Shown: positions 29,015 through 39,100 of the stretch, in pieces
How positions within the stretch are numbered: the first letter of the stretch is position 1
Layout: every line of letters starts with the position of its first letter
DNA from: Clostridiales bacterium
Lineage (GTDB): Bacteria; Bacillota; Clostridia; Lachnospirales; Lachnospiraceae
Assembly (NCBI GenBank): GCA_019420405.1
Contig: JAHZHF010000001.1
Span: 1 to 57,627 of the forward strand
Reading direction: 5' to 3'
DNA length: 57,627 nt
The notes under the pieces: generated by a model
What the model was told of the DNA's origin: nothing
Seen by the model: only the letters and a program-made list of their open reading frames with translations
The model's database searches: none
Position numbers and translations under genes: made by a program

Positions 29015-29965
29015 ATGAGATACAAAGAGCTTGGAAATACAGGAGAAAAAATATCGGCGCTCACGATCGGCACATGGGCGATCGGCGGAGCGAACTGGGG
29101 AGACGTGAACAAACAGGATAGTATAAAAGCGATCCATACGATGATTGATTTTGGGGTGAACAGTATCGATACTGCTCCGGGCTATAATTTCGGAGAGTCG
29201 GAGCGCATAGTCGGAGAGGCGCTGAAAGGGAAGAGGGACAAAGTATTTATTACGACAAAAACAGCGGTTTATAATACAAAGGAAGTCCCTTTTGTGAAAG
29301 ATGGCAGAAGGGAAACGGTCATCAGGCTCTGCGAAGAGTCTTTGAAGAACCTCCAGACGGATTATATTGATCTGATGCTGATCCACTGGCCGGATATTGA
29401 ACATAACGCTCCGTTTGAAGAGACGATGGGCGCTCTGAACGATCTGAAAAAACAAGGGAAGATCAGGTTCATCGGTGTGTCGAATTTCGATAGGGAACAG
29501 ATCGAAGACATCAGCCAGTATGGGGATATCGCAGCACAGGAGCCGCCGTATTCCATGGTGAACCGCAGCCAGGAAGACTTGATGAAATGGGCGGCAAAGC
29601 GGGGGATAGCGAACATGACATACGGATCGCTCGGCGCAGGGATCCTGACAGGGGCGATCCGCTCACTGCCGGAGTTCGCTCCGGACGATATGCGAAATAT
29701 CTTTTATGACTTCTTCCGTGAGCCGAAATTCTCACAGGTAATGAAACTGCTGACAGTACTGGATGAGATAGCTGCCGGACATCACGCGCCGGTAGCCCAG
29801 GTGGCGGTAAACTGGAACGCGCAGAAAGAATTTGTAACTACATCGCTGTGCGGAGTGAGAAACGCGCAGGAGGCAGAAGAAAACTGCAAAGGATTCGAGT
29901 GGAGCCTGACAGATGAAGAGATGGTACAGATAGATTCCGCTATTGAGAAATATCTGAAAGATTAA
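29015..29965 (+). CDS. aldo/keto reductase (YdjG-like)
   Basis: GTWAIGG, IDTAPGYNFGESE, DYIDLMLIHWPD, GKIRFIGVSNF. Confidence 0.9.
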   Translation: MRYKELGNTGEKISALTIGTWAIGGANWGDVNKQDSIKAIHTMIDFGVNSIDTAPGYNFGESERIVGEALKGKRDKVFITTKTAVYNTKEVPFVKDGRRETVIRLCEESLKNLQTDYIDLMLIHWPDIEHNAPFEETMGALNDLKKQGKIRFIGVSNFDREQIEDISQYGDIAAQEPPYSMVNRSQEDLMKWAAKRGIANMTYGSLGAGILTGAIRSLPEFAPDDMRNIFYDFFREPKFSQVMKLLTVLDEIAAGHHAPVAQVAVNWNAQKEFVTTSLCGVRNAQEAEENCKGFEWSLTDEEMVQIDSAIEKYLKD

Positions 29966-29982
29966 GAAGAACGGAAAGAGAG

Positions 29983-30034
29983 ACGATCCCACAGTGTCCG
30001 GACGATGGAAAGTCCGAATCTGCTGTGGGATCGT
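29983..30034. terminator. hairpin between convergent genes
   Basis: ACGATCCCACAG...CTGTGGGATCGT. Confidence 0.55.
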
Positions 30035-30074
30035 GTGGTTTCTATGTGTTTCAGTGTAGCCGGCCTCAAAGCTT

Positions 30075-31379
30075 TCAACAGAAAAATTCTTCCGCGGCCC
30101 GGATCAGATATTCAGTGTCTTTTACACCGGAAGTCTCATAAGGCGAATGCATGGCTAACTGGGCCAGACCAATGTCTACAGTGTTGAGCGCTACCTGTGT
30201 GTTTGAAATATTTCCCAGGGTAGATCCGCCTGCCATATCGGAGCGGTTAGTGAATACCTGAACAGGAACGCCGGCCTTTTGGCAGATCTTCCGGAACATG
30301 GCCGCAGATACGCCGTCAGTACAGTATTTCTGGGCCGCGTTGAATTTGATTACGATTCCTCCGTTTACATACGGACGGTTTACTGGATCTGCCTTGTCGC
30401 CGTGATTCGGGTGAACCGCGTGTGCGTTGTCGGCAGAAACCATGAAACTGTTCGCAAGATGAACCAGATAATCTTCATGTGTATAGCCAAGAGTGCCATG
30501 GATGCGGATTAGGGTGTCGTAGAGGAATGTGGAGGCAGCGCCCTGTTTCGTGCCGCTTCCGACCTCTTCATTGTCGAACACACAATGAACCGCCATGTAT
30601 TTTTCTTTCTGTCCGGCAAGGAAGCCTTTCAGGGATGAAAAGGCGCACTGCAGGTCGTCCAGGCGGCTGCAGGAGATGAATTCATCATTCCCCCAGACAC
30701 TGGCTTCCTGGCGGTTATAAAGGAAGAGGTCATGCCCGAGGACATCTTCCTCCTTTACTCCGGCGGCTTCGGCGACCGTTTTCATGAAAGAGTCTTTTAA
30801 GGATGTGCTTCCATAGAGCGGCAGCATGTCTTTCTGCACGTTGTACTTGTAGCCATCGTTCATCTCACGGTTCATATGAATGGCAAGGTTGGGGATAACC
30901 ACCAGATCCCGGTCAATATTTACAAGAACAGACTTCAGGCCATCCGGTAAAATTTCGCTGCTGTCAGCGCTGTCCGGCACGCAGGAATCACCATTTACGA
31001 TCACTCTGCCGGATACCGAGAGCGGACGGTCGAACCAGGGAGCGCAGATCATCCCGCCGTAGCGCTCTACATTGAGCTTGATATAATGACCTTCAGCTTC
31101 TATCTCCGGATTCTCTTTGATCTTGAAAGTTGGAGAGTCGCTGTGGCTGGCCATGATGCGCATTCCATTCATCTCATGGAAAGGGATGGAGAAAGCGATT
31201 AGTGAGGAGCCGTTTCTTGTGACATAATATTTACCGCCCCGCTCGAGGGTCCACTTCCGGTTCTCATGCAACCTGCGAAAGCCGCGAGAAGTGAGCTCGT
31301 CTTCCATTGTCCGGACCGCGTGGAAGCAGTCCGGGCTCTTTTTGATAAAGTTGATCAGTTGCTGTGCGGTGTGATTCAT
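30075..31379 (-). CDS. M18 family (aspartyl) aminopeptidase
   Basis: SHSDSP, RLDDL, FDNEEVGS, SADNAHAVHPN, GGSTLG, AMHSPYE. Start ATG 31379. Confidence 0.93.
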   Translation of the reverse strand: MNHTAQQLINFIKKSPDCFHAVRTMEDELTSRGFRRLHENRKWTLERGGKYYVTRNGSSLIAFSIPFHEMNGMRIMASHSDSPTFKIKENPEIEAEGHYIKLNVERYGGMICAPWFDRPLSVSGRVIVNGDSCVPDSADSSEILPDGLKSVLVNIDRDLVVIPNLAIHMNREMNDGYKYNVQKDMLPLYGSTSLKDSFMKTVAEAAGVKEEDVLGHDLFLYNRQEASVWGNDEFISCSRLDDLQCAFSSLKGFLAGQKEKYMAVHCVFDNEEVGSGTKQGAASTFLYDTLIRIHGTLGYTHEDYLVHLANSFMVSADNAHAVHPNHGDKADPVNRPYVNGGIVIKFNAAQKYCTDGVSAAMFRKICQKAGVPVQVFTNRSDMAGGSTLGNISNTQVALNTVDIGLAQLAMHSPYETSGVKDTEYLIRAAEEFFC

Positions 31380-31380
31380 C

Positions 31381-32790
31381 TTAATTTCCTTTCCTCTTTG
31401 CGATGATTGGCATAATGAAGCCAAGTCCGATCAGTACAAACGGTGTGATGATGTTCAGTGCAAGCTGGAACGGATCATCCGACCAGATACCGAAGATGCA
31501 CGCGAATGCTGTAACGAAGAAGCACCATCCTCCGAGAATCATTCCGAGGGTGCGGTTCTTAACAAAATGGTACTCTGCGGAGAACTTTTCTCCGGCTTTT
31601 TTCAGCGCGATGTATGCGGCAAATACCCAGAGGTAACGGAGCGGCATACATACAGAATTTACTTTCACCAGCCATTTTACAAGTATGTCCACATTTTCAA
31701 TGCCCAGTACAGGAACAATAATCAGAATGGATACGATCAGGGTAACGAGCTTGTGACCATTTGTGTAAGTGCCGTATTTGTTTTGCTTGAACAGTGCCTT
31801 CGGAATGTATTTCTCATCCGCGCTGTCAAGGAGCATACGCAGCGGAGCGTCAATGGAAAGAACCATAACAGAAAATTGTCCGATCAGGTTGACGATCGCG
31901 TAGATCATTACGAAAAGGTCACCTACATGGTAATATTCGCCCAGTGTCTGGAATGCGTAGTAAGCGCCGTTTGTCATAAGATCGTGAGGAATATTGTTGG
32001 AGTCAAACATCATTCCAAGAGCGATCGTTCCGAGTACAGCGCAAATAGCAACCATTGCAGCCAGGGCAATCATTCCTTTTGCAAAATCCCTGGAGGGATC
32101 TTTCATCTTATTTACATAGGGAGATATCTTTTCGCAGCCCCCGACCGCGAATACAAGGATCGAGAGATTGAGGAAAAATTTCCCGTCAAAGGAAGGCAGG
32201 AAGGTATCAACCGACCAGTCTATGTCCAGAACGTTTGCTCCGGTGATTGCCGGCGCTGTGATCATCATAACGATGAAGAGCAAGGACATGACAAACATGG
32301 TAGACCCCGCAATAGCTGTCAGCTTTTTCAGGACACCCAGCCCCCTGGAAGCGATCCAGACAGAAAAAAGGAAGAGGACCAGACAGATGACTGCCATAAG
32401 CCGTACATTCATCTGGCTGGCCCGTGCATCGCGGAAGATAGCCCAGCTCGCAGCGATTACGGAAGAGTTCGGCTTCTGGGAGATATAGGGCATATGTACG
32501 ACCCAGTAAGTCCAGCCGGCCATATACGCCATGCCCGGTCCGATCGTTCTGTGAATCCATGAACTGACACCTCCGCCTTCTGATTTGAAAGAGCTGCCGA
32601 GTTCGCCGACCATAAGCGCGTAAGGAATAAAATAAAGTGCAAACAGGATGATCCATGATACGATTGCTTTCAGACCGCCATATTCGGAAAAACCGTTGAT
32701 GACATTGCCGAATCCCCACACAGTGGAGAAAGCCATGAAGGCAAGGTTGTACCAGAGGATCTTCTTTTCATTCTGATTCTGATTTGTCAT
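31381..32790 (-). CDS. APC family amino acid permease
   Basis: FSTVWGFGNV, PYALMVGELGS, GGVSSW, FAVGGCEK. Start ATG 32790 after GAGGAG. Confidence 0.9.
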   Translation of the reverse strand: MTNQNQNEKKILWYNLAFMAFSTVWGFGNVINGFSEYGGLKAIVSWIILFALYFIPYALMVGELGSSFKSEGGGVSSWIHRTIGPGMAYMAGWTYWVVHMPYISQKPNSSVIAASWAIFRDARASQMNVRLMAVICLVLFLFSVWIASRGLGVLKKLTAIAGSTMFVMSLLFIVMMITAPAITGANVLDIDWSVDTFLPSFDGKFFLNLSILVFAVGGCEKISPYVNKMKDPSRDFAKGMIALAAMVAICAVLGTIALGMMFDSNNIPHDLMTNGAYYAFQTLGEYYHVGDLFVMIYAIVNLIGQFSVMVLSIDAPLRMLLDSADEKYIPKALFKQNKYGTYTNGHKLVTLIVSILIIVPVLGIENVDILVKWLVKVNSVCMPLRYLWVFAAYIALKKAGEKFSAEYHFVKNRTLGMILGGWCFFVTAFACIFGIWSDDPFQLALNIITPFVLIGLGFIMPIIAKRKGN

Positions 32791-33001
32791 ACAGAATTCT
32801 CCTCTCATAATGTTCTTTCGCATCGGTTCAGCCATCTGCGCATCAGAAGCGGGCAAAAGAGGTATAAGAATCTGATGGCCGAAGCCAGAGCGTATGTTTA
32901 TATTAGTGGCTGGATACAGCGCTGTCAAGTCAACGCATCGCAGTGATGATGTGAGAATGCAAAAAGCGGTTGCGGTGCGAATTAAAATTGAAAATAAAAA
33001 T

Positions 33002-33030
33002 GAATATTTCAGCTCAAAATCCAGATACTA
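33002..33030 (+). promoter_or_regulatory. possible forespore (sigma-G/F-like) promoter for the spoVA genes
   Basis: GAATA-17 bp-GATACTA resembles the sigma-G consensus and lies upstream of spoVAA. Confidence 0.3.
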
Positions 33031-33137
33031 GTACAGTGAAAAATAAATGGATAGATCTGTCACGCAAGAGATAAATGCAGCAGTTCACCCTTATGCTGAA
33101 CTGTTGCCGACAAATTATGGAAAGGAAGGCGGACGGC

Positions 33138-33347
33138 ATGGAAGACGGAAAGAAAAAAGTGTGGATCTGTATTATCGTGGCAGCGCTGGCGGCTGTAGTG
33201 ATCGGCCTGCTCTACTACCTGAGCGCTCCGCGCGCTCAGAGCGAGGAAGGATTTTTGATTAAAGGAGGAAAAGAGAACAGATGTGTATCAGTGAGCGAGG
33301 AATACAGTGAGAATCTGCAGGAGGATGGAAATGGCTCGGGAAAGTAA
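33138..33347 (+). CDS. small single-TM hypothetical protein upstream of spoVAA
   Basis: AAGGAAGG RBS; hydrophobic helix VWICIIVAALAAVVIGLLYYL; overlaps the spoVAA start. Confidence 0.65.
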   Translation: MEDGKKKVWICIIVAALAAVVIGLLYYLSAPRAQSEEGFLIKGGKENRCVSVSEEYSENLQEDGNGSGK

Positions 33348-34005
33348 AACACTGTACTTGAAGGGCGACAGGGATGTGGAAGTGAGTAAACCGGATGTTA
33401 CTCTGGGAGATATCCTTGCCATGGAATGTGCGGAACAGTCGCTTCTTCCCAGGATTAAGACGATAAAGATATTAAAGCTTTCAAAGCAAGGCCCTCAGAG
33501 ATGTGTAGTGTCGGTACTGAAAATCATTGAGTGCATTCATGAGCAGTATCCTGATCTGGAGATCCGGAATCTTGGGGAGACGGATATTATTGTCACATAT
33601 GAGGATCAGAAAACTCCGGCTGCCGTGTGGCATATGCTTAAGACAGGAGGCGTGGCGGCAGTTGCTTTCTGCGGAGCGGCATTTTCTATTATGGCGTTTA
33701 ATAATGACGTAGATGTGACTAAACTGTTTAGTCAGATATATGAGCTGGCCGCAGGGAGTGAGAGCAGTGGATATACTATACTCGAAATTTTCTATTCCCT
33801 TGGCCTGTCTCTTGGAATTCTTCTCTTTTTTAATCATTTCGGGAAGAAAAAATTTACAGTAGATCCGACCCCGATGGAGGTTCAGATGCGTTTGTATGAG
33901 AACGATATCCAGACAACGCTGATTGAAAATGCGGCAAGGGAGGAGCAGGAAATTGATGTGGGCGGAAGTGGGAAAACAGGTTCTTCTGGCGGTAATCGGA
34001 ATTAG
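33331..34005 (+). CDS. spoVAA: stage V sporulation protein AA
   Basis: TLYLKGD, VVSVLKIIE, FSIMAFNNDV, FFNHFG, DPTPMEVQMRLYE. Confidence 0.88.
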   Translation: MARESKTLYLKGDRDVEVSKPDVTLGDILAMECAEQSLLPRIKTIKILKLSKQGPQRCVVSVLKIIECIHEQYPDLEIRNLGETDIIVTYEDQKTPAAVWHMLKTGGVAAVAFCGAAFSIMAFNNDVDVTKLFSQIYELAAGSESSGYTILEIFYSLGLSLGILLFFNHFGKKKFTVDPTPMEVQMRLYENDIQTTLIENAAREEQEIDVGGSGKTGSSGGNRN

Positions 34006-34423
34006 TGCGGGAACCGCCGTGGCGGGCGGTCTTTTTTCATTTATCGTAGAACTGGGGGTGATCGCTGATTTTGCGGACAGAACCCACACGGGAGATAAGC
34101 TCTTGTTGTATGAAAGCAGCGTGGCCATGGGTGGCATACTGGGGAATCTGTTCTATCTGTTCGGCGGATTACTGATGGAGACGCTGCCAAAACTGCGGAT
34201 GGTCATACAGGACGCAGGAGCGGGACTCGTCCTGCTTGGGATATTCGGACTTCTGGCTGGTATTTTCGCAGGGTGCTGGGCTATGGCTCTGGCAGAGATA
34301 TTAAATGTCTTTCCTGTTTTCATGCGCCGGGCACGTATTGTGCGCTATACATCAGTATTTATCATCAGCATGGCTGCTGGGAAGAGTGTGGGAGCCCTTC
34401 TGTTTTTCTGGCAGAGATGGTAG
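33956..34423 (+). CDS. spoVAB: stage V sporulation protein AB
   Basis: G.SAG..VAGG.FSFI..LGVI, GCWAMALAEILNVFPV..RR, GKSVGAL. Confidence 0.88.
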   Translation: MWAEVGKQVLLAVIGISAGTAVAGGLFSFIVELGVIADFADRTHTGDKLLLYESSVAMGGILGNLFYLFGGLLMETLPKLRMVIQDAGAGLVLLGIFGLLAGIFAGCWAMALAEILNVFPVFMRRARIVRYTSVFIISMAAGKSVGALLFFWQRW

Positions 34424-34459
34424 AAGGAGACGGCAGGCGTCCGGGGCCGGCAAGGAGGA

Positions 34460-35296
34460 TCAGGCTCCCCGCCTGACCTCAGAAGGAGTGCGCCCGTAGA
34501 TTTTCTTGAAAGTTCGGTTGAAGAGTTTCTGGTTCGTGAAGCCATTTTTCTCTGCGATTTCCAGTATGGAAAGATCCGTGTGAAGAAGGTCATAGTAAAT
34601 ATGGGACGCGCGGATCTCATTTAAATATTGAAGGAAGGAAATCCCCAGGTTCTTTTTAAAGAACCTGCAGAAGTATTCCTTGGTAAGCCCAAGGCTGGCA
34701 GCGGCGTCCGCCAGAGAAACGGGCTCCCGGAAGTGCTCTTCCACGTAATGGATTACCGCATGGATCCGGTCAGCAGAGAGCTTATCATAGGAATATTCGG
34801 ATGAGGCGGGAACGGAGAAATATTCAATCAACATCGCCATGACCTGGAGCACAAGGCCTTCCGCTTCCAGCGGAAAGGAGGAAGACTCCCGGATATACAG
34901 CAGTGTCAGCCGGTCCAGCAGTTTGCAGATCTCCTGATAATGGGAGAGAGTGCTGTCCGGGATCAGATCCGGAAGGCATTGGATGCTCAGAGATTTGATC
35001 TGAGGCATATAGTCAATCAGTTTTCCCCGGCAGACATGGATGCATAGAAACATATAGCCGGATTCTTCACTGTGAGTGCTGTGGATCTGTCCCGATTCTA
35101 CGACAAGGAGTTGTCTTTCTGCCAGATTGTGACGGATACCGTCAATCACAATATCAGCCTTGCCGCTCAGCGGATATAGAAGTTCCAGCTCGTCATGCCA
35201 ATGGAGTGGATGATGCCCTCCGGAATTTGTACGCCAGGCGTAAGAAATGCCGAGAGGACTGGATTTGTGGAATGTTTCGTACAATGCGTCTGCCAT
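34460..35296 (-). CDS. AraC family transcriptional regulator (cupin + HTH)
   Basis: HPLHWHDELE, YFCRFFKKNLG, EIAEKNGFTNQKLFNRTFKKIYGRTPSE. Start ATG 35296 after AAGGAG. Confidence 0.92.
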   Translation of the reverse strand: MADALYETFHKSSPLGISYAWRTNSGGHHPLHWHDELELLYPLSGKADIVIDGIRHNLAERQLLVVESGQIHSTHSEESGYMFLCIHVCRGKLIDYMPQIKSLSIQCLPDLIPDSTLSHYQEICKLLDRLTLLYIRESSSFPLEAEGLVLQVMAMLIEYFSVPASSEYSYDKLSADRIHAVIHYVEEHFREPVSLADAAASLGLTKEYFCRFFKKNLGISFLQYLNEIRASHIYYDLLHTDLSILEIAEKNGFTNQKLFNRTFKKIYGRTPSEVRRGA

Positions 35297-35514
35297 AAGA
35301 TCAGGACTCCTTTTTCTGAATAATTTAAATATAGATTGTGAATTTTGTGACAAAATATATGCTGTATCTAATTATCGTTATCATATCTTCAAACATAAAA
35401 AATGTCAATATTGACTTAGAATAGGCTAAAATCATGCTTGGATCTGTGGCAGAAAGAGGATATAATGCAGGTGTAACAAAGAAAAAGAGATTACACAAAG
35501 GATTGGTGATAGAT

Positions 35515-35661
35515 ATGAAAAAAATCAGAGAAAGGCTTACAAGATACTTAAGCGAGAATATGTCGATCGCAGCGCCGGGAATGCATGAGATGAGCGGGAG
35601 AACCCGGGCGTACAGAGAGTACCGCGACTGGGTGAACGCAAGGAAATATATGATACTGTAA
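35515..35661 (+). CDS. small hypothetical protein, 48 aa, with its own promoter and terminator
   Basis: TTGGAT(35438)-17 bp-TATAAT(35461) promoter, GGTGA RBS, hairpin at 35702-35737. Confidence 0.55.
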   Translation: MKKIRERLTRYLSENMSIAAPGMHEMSGRTRAYREYRDWVNARKYMIL

Positions 35662-35701
35662 GAGTGCAGAGTGTCAAAAAGCAAATAACTGACAGTGTGG
35701 G

Positions 35702-35737
35702 ATACCCGCAGGAGTATGAAAAAGCTCCTGCGGGTAT
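35702..35737 (+). terminator. rho-independent terminator-like hairpin
   Basis: ATACCCGCAGGAG-tatgaaaaag-CTCCTGCGGGTAT. Confidence 0.7.
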
Positions 35738-35756
35738 ATTTGTGTAACAGAAAAAA

Positions 35757-35986
35757 TCCCCCCTGCTATGCAGGGGGAGGGCAGATCTTTAGATTTAAGT
35801 AAGAACTCCCGTGCTAGAATAAATGTGGGTCTGTAAACCACAAATAAAAGCACAGGAGATCCTAAAATAGACATTAACAGTTTAGCCCATACAAAATGGG
35901 AATGCAAGTATCATATTGTTTTTACACCCAAATATCGGAGACGGATTATTTATAAAGAAATTCGAAAAGATGTAGGAATGTTATAA
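35757..35986 (+). mobile_element. tnpA: IS200/IS605 family relic: left-end hairpin plus truncated tnpA 5' end
   Basis: Hairpin TCCCCCCTGC-tat-GCAGGGGGA. 35867-35986 reads (ATA)DINSLAHTKWECKYHIVFTPKYRRRIIYKEIRKDVGML*, the typical IS200 TnpA N-terminus, with a lost start codon and truncation. Confidence 0.88.
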
Positions 35987-36107
35987 TATACCGCAGAAGC
36001 GGTGTGTAGGAGAACCGGATGCACCTGTGAACAGAATGTGAAATCCCCTTGTGAAAATCCGGCAATGTGTTAAAATTAATTGGTTAATGTGGAAGGGAGA
36101 CGCATAT

Positions 36108-39100
36108 ATGCTTCAAATCAGGGATATCTGCAAAGAATACAGAACGGGAACTCTGGTTCAGAAGGCTCTCGACAGAGTGAGCCTGAACCTGAGAGATAAT
36201 GAATTTGTGGCGATCTTAGGTCCGAGCGGTTCGGGGAAGACTACTCTTCTTAATATTATCGGCGGTCTGGACCGATATGACAGCGGGGATTTGATTATAA
36301 ACGGGATTTCCACGAAGAAATATAAAGACCGGGACTGGGATTCCTACAGGAACCACACGATCGGATTTGTATTTCAAAGTTATAATCTGATTCCTCATCA
36401 AACGCTGCTCGCAAATGTGGAACTGGCGCTGACGATCTCCGGAGTGGGGAAAGCGGAGCGCAGAGAGCGGGCCAGGAAAGCGCTGGAGCAGGTAGGATTA
36501 GGCGAACAGGTGCATAAGAAACCAAGCCAGCTCTCCGGAGGGCAGATGCAGAGAGTGGCTATTGCCCGTGCGCTGGTCAATGATCCGGATATCCTGCTGG
36601 CCGACGAGCCCACCGGAGCCCTGGACAGTGAGACCAGTGTTCAGGTAATGGAACTGTTAAAAGAGGTGGCGAAGGATCGGCTCGTAGTGATGGTGACGCA
36701 CAACCCGGAGCTGGCTCATGAATATGCGACCCGAATCGTCAATTTGAAAGACGGCCATATTATTTCGGACAGTGACCCGTACACACTGGATGAGACAGCT
36801 CTGGAAGAACCGGAACATAGAAATATGGGGAAAGCATCCATGTCATTTTTGACGGCGCTGTCGCTGAGTTTTAATAACCTGAGGACCAAGAAAGCGAGAA
36901 CTCTTTTGACTGCGTTTGCCGGTTCCATCGGAATCATCGGAATTGCGCTGATCCTGTCTCTGTCTACGGGCGTGAATCAGTATATTAAGGATATTGAGGA
37001 AGAGACATTATCTGAATATCCGCTCCAGATCCAGAGCACAGGTTTTGATTTCAGTTCAATCATGGTGAGCGATGAGGGCGGCGGGCAGGCCAGTCAGGAA
37101 GAACAGGGAGACGTCCATGTAATACAGATGGTTACCAATATGTTCTCGACCATGGATTCCAATGACCTGGAGTCACTGAAAACTTATCTTGAAAGCGGAG
37201 AGAGCGGCATCGAAGAGTATACGAATGCCATAGAGTATTCGTATAATGTGACGCCGCAGATTTACAGGATAGACGGGGATTCGGTAAGGCAGGTGAATCC
37301 GGATCAGTCCTTTGACGCGCTTGGGCTGGGTTCTTCGGCTGGTTCCAACAGTATGATGTCGTCCATGATGAGTACGGATGTATTTTATGAAATGCCGGAA
37401 AATGCGTCTCTCTACGAGAACCAGTACGATGTAAAAGCCGGGCGGTGGCCGGAGAATTATAATGAGTGTGTGCTCGTTCTCACTCAGGGAGGGAGCATCA
37501 GTGATTTTATGCTCTATACGCTCGGACTGCGTGACCAGATGGAGCTGGATGAGATGATCCGGCAGTTTATCAATGAAGAAAATGTAGAAACGCCGGAAAA
37601 CATACAGGACTATTCCTATGACGATATTCTCGGGATTACATTCCGGCTGGTGGACAGCGCGGACTACTATGAATATGACAGCCAGTATAATGTCTGGAGG
37701 GACAAAACGGACGATGAAGACTATATGCGGTCCCTTGTGGAAAATGGCGAAGAACTGACGATTGTCGGAATCGTACAGCCGTCTGAGGACGCGAATGCCG
37801 CGGCCCTTACGGCAGGGATCGGATACCCGGCGTCTCTGACAAAGCATGTGGCGGAGCGCGCGGCGGATACGGAGATCGTAAAGCAGCAGCTTGCAGATTC
37901 TTCTGTGAATGTACTGACCGGGGAAGCCTTTGGCGAAGAGAACGGCGGTTTTGACATGGAGTCGCTGATCACCATTGATGAAAATAAGCTTCAGCAGGCG
38001 TTTGGATTTGACGAGAGCGCGTTTTCGAATCTGGCCGGTTCGCTCAGCTCCTCATCAGGCAGCAGCGGGTTTGATTTAAGCAGTGTTATGAGCGCCGCCG
38101 GAAGCTCCATGGATCTCTCGGGGATGGTGGACCTAAGCGGGATCAGTGTAGATCTTCCGGATATGCCGTCTATGAGCCTGGCAGATCTGCTGGGCGGCCT
38201 GGATGTGAACGTGTCGGCAGACGGCCTGGGGACTCTTGCCTCGAGCCTGATGGAGGGATATCAGCAGTATGTCGCTTCCCACCCGGAGGCGGATTATTCG
38301 GGAATTCAGGAGGATTTCTGTAATTATCTTCACACCTCTGAGGCACAGGAAATCATAAAGAATAAGATCGCGGAAATCATTCAGTCCACAGACGGAGTGA
38401 CCGTGACGGTGGAGCAGCTTCAAAATATGCTGACCGAGATTATGTCCGGCTATCAGCAGTACGTAAATGATAACGGGCTGACAGATCCGAATCAGTTTGA
38501 TGAATATCTGATTGCATATATGCAGACCCAGGAGGCTCAGAATATACTGAACAAATGGGCTTCCGAGATATTCGGCGGCATCTCGGACAGCATCACAATC
38601 ACCGGGAATCAGCTCTCTGACCTTGCCTCTGCGCTGGCGTCAGGCTATCAGAGTTACGCGGCGGCTAACGGACTCCCGGATCCGAGCAAGATAGGAGAAC
38701 ATTTCGTCAATTATCTCGGGACGGAGGACGGACAGAAAAGGCTGACAGAGGGCGTCTCGGGAATCGTGGATATGGACGCTCTGGAAAGCCAGATTACGAA
38801 CGCGATGAGCAGTTATATGCAGAGTGCCATGTCGGCCTATGGCTCGGCGATCGGAGGGGCGATTCAGACTCAGATCAGCTCTGCGATGACCCAGGTGGCA
38901 GGCCAGATCGCATCGGGAATGGAACAGGCGCTGGGCCAGGCCATGAGCCAGGTGGGAAGCAGCCTGGAAAACGCTCTCTCCGGAGCGATGAATATCGACG
39001 GCGATGCATTTGCAGACGCATTCCAGATGAATATGACCGGGGACGACCTGGCGGAACTTATGATGTCCATGAACTCTGCCGAGGCCGCAACCTATGAAAA

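Noticed and set aside
31567..32562. Plus-strand 331-aa ORF
   Set aside because: Shadow of the APC permease.
32791..33000. Possible riboswitch or T-box upstream of the amino acid permease
   Set aside because: Only an imperfect stem; no T-box or known aptamer consensus recognised.
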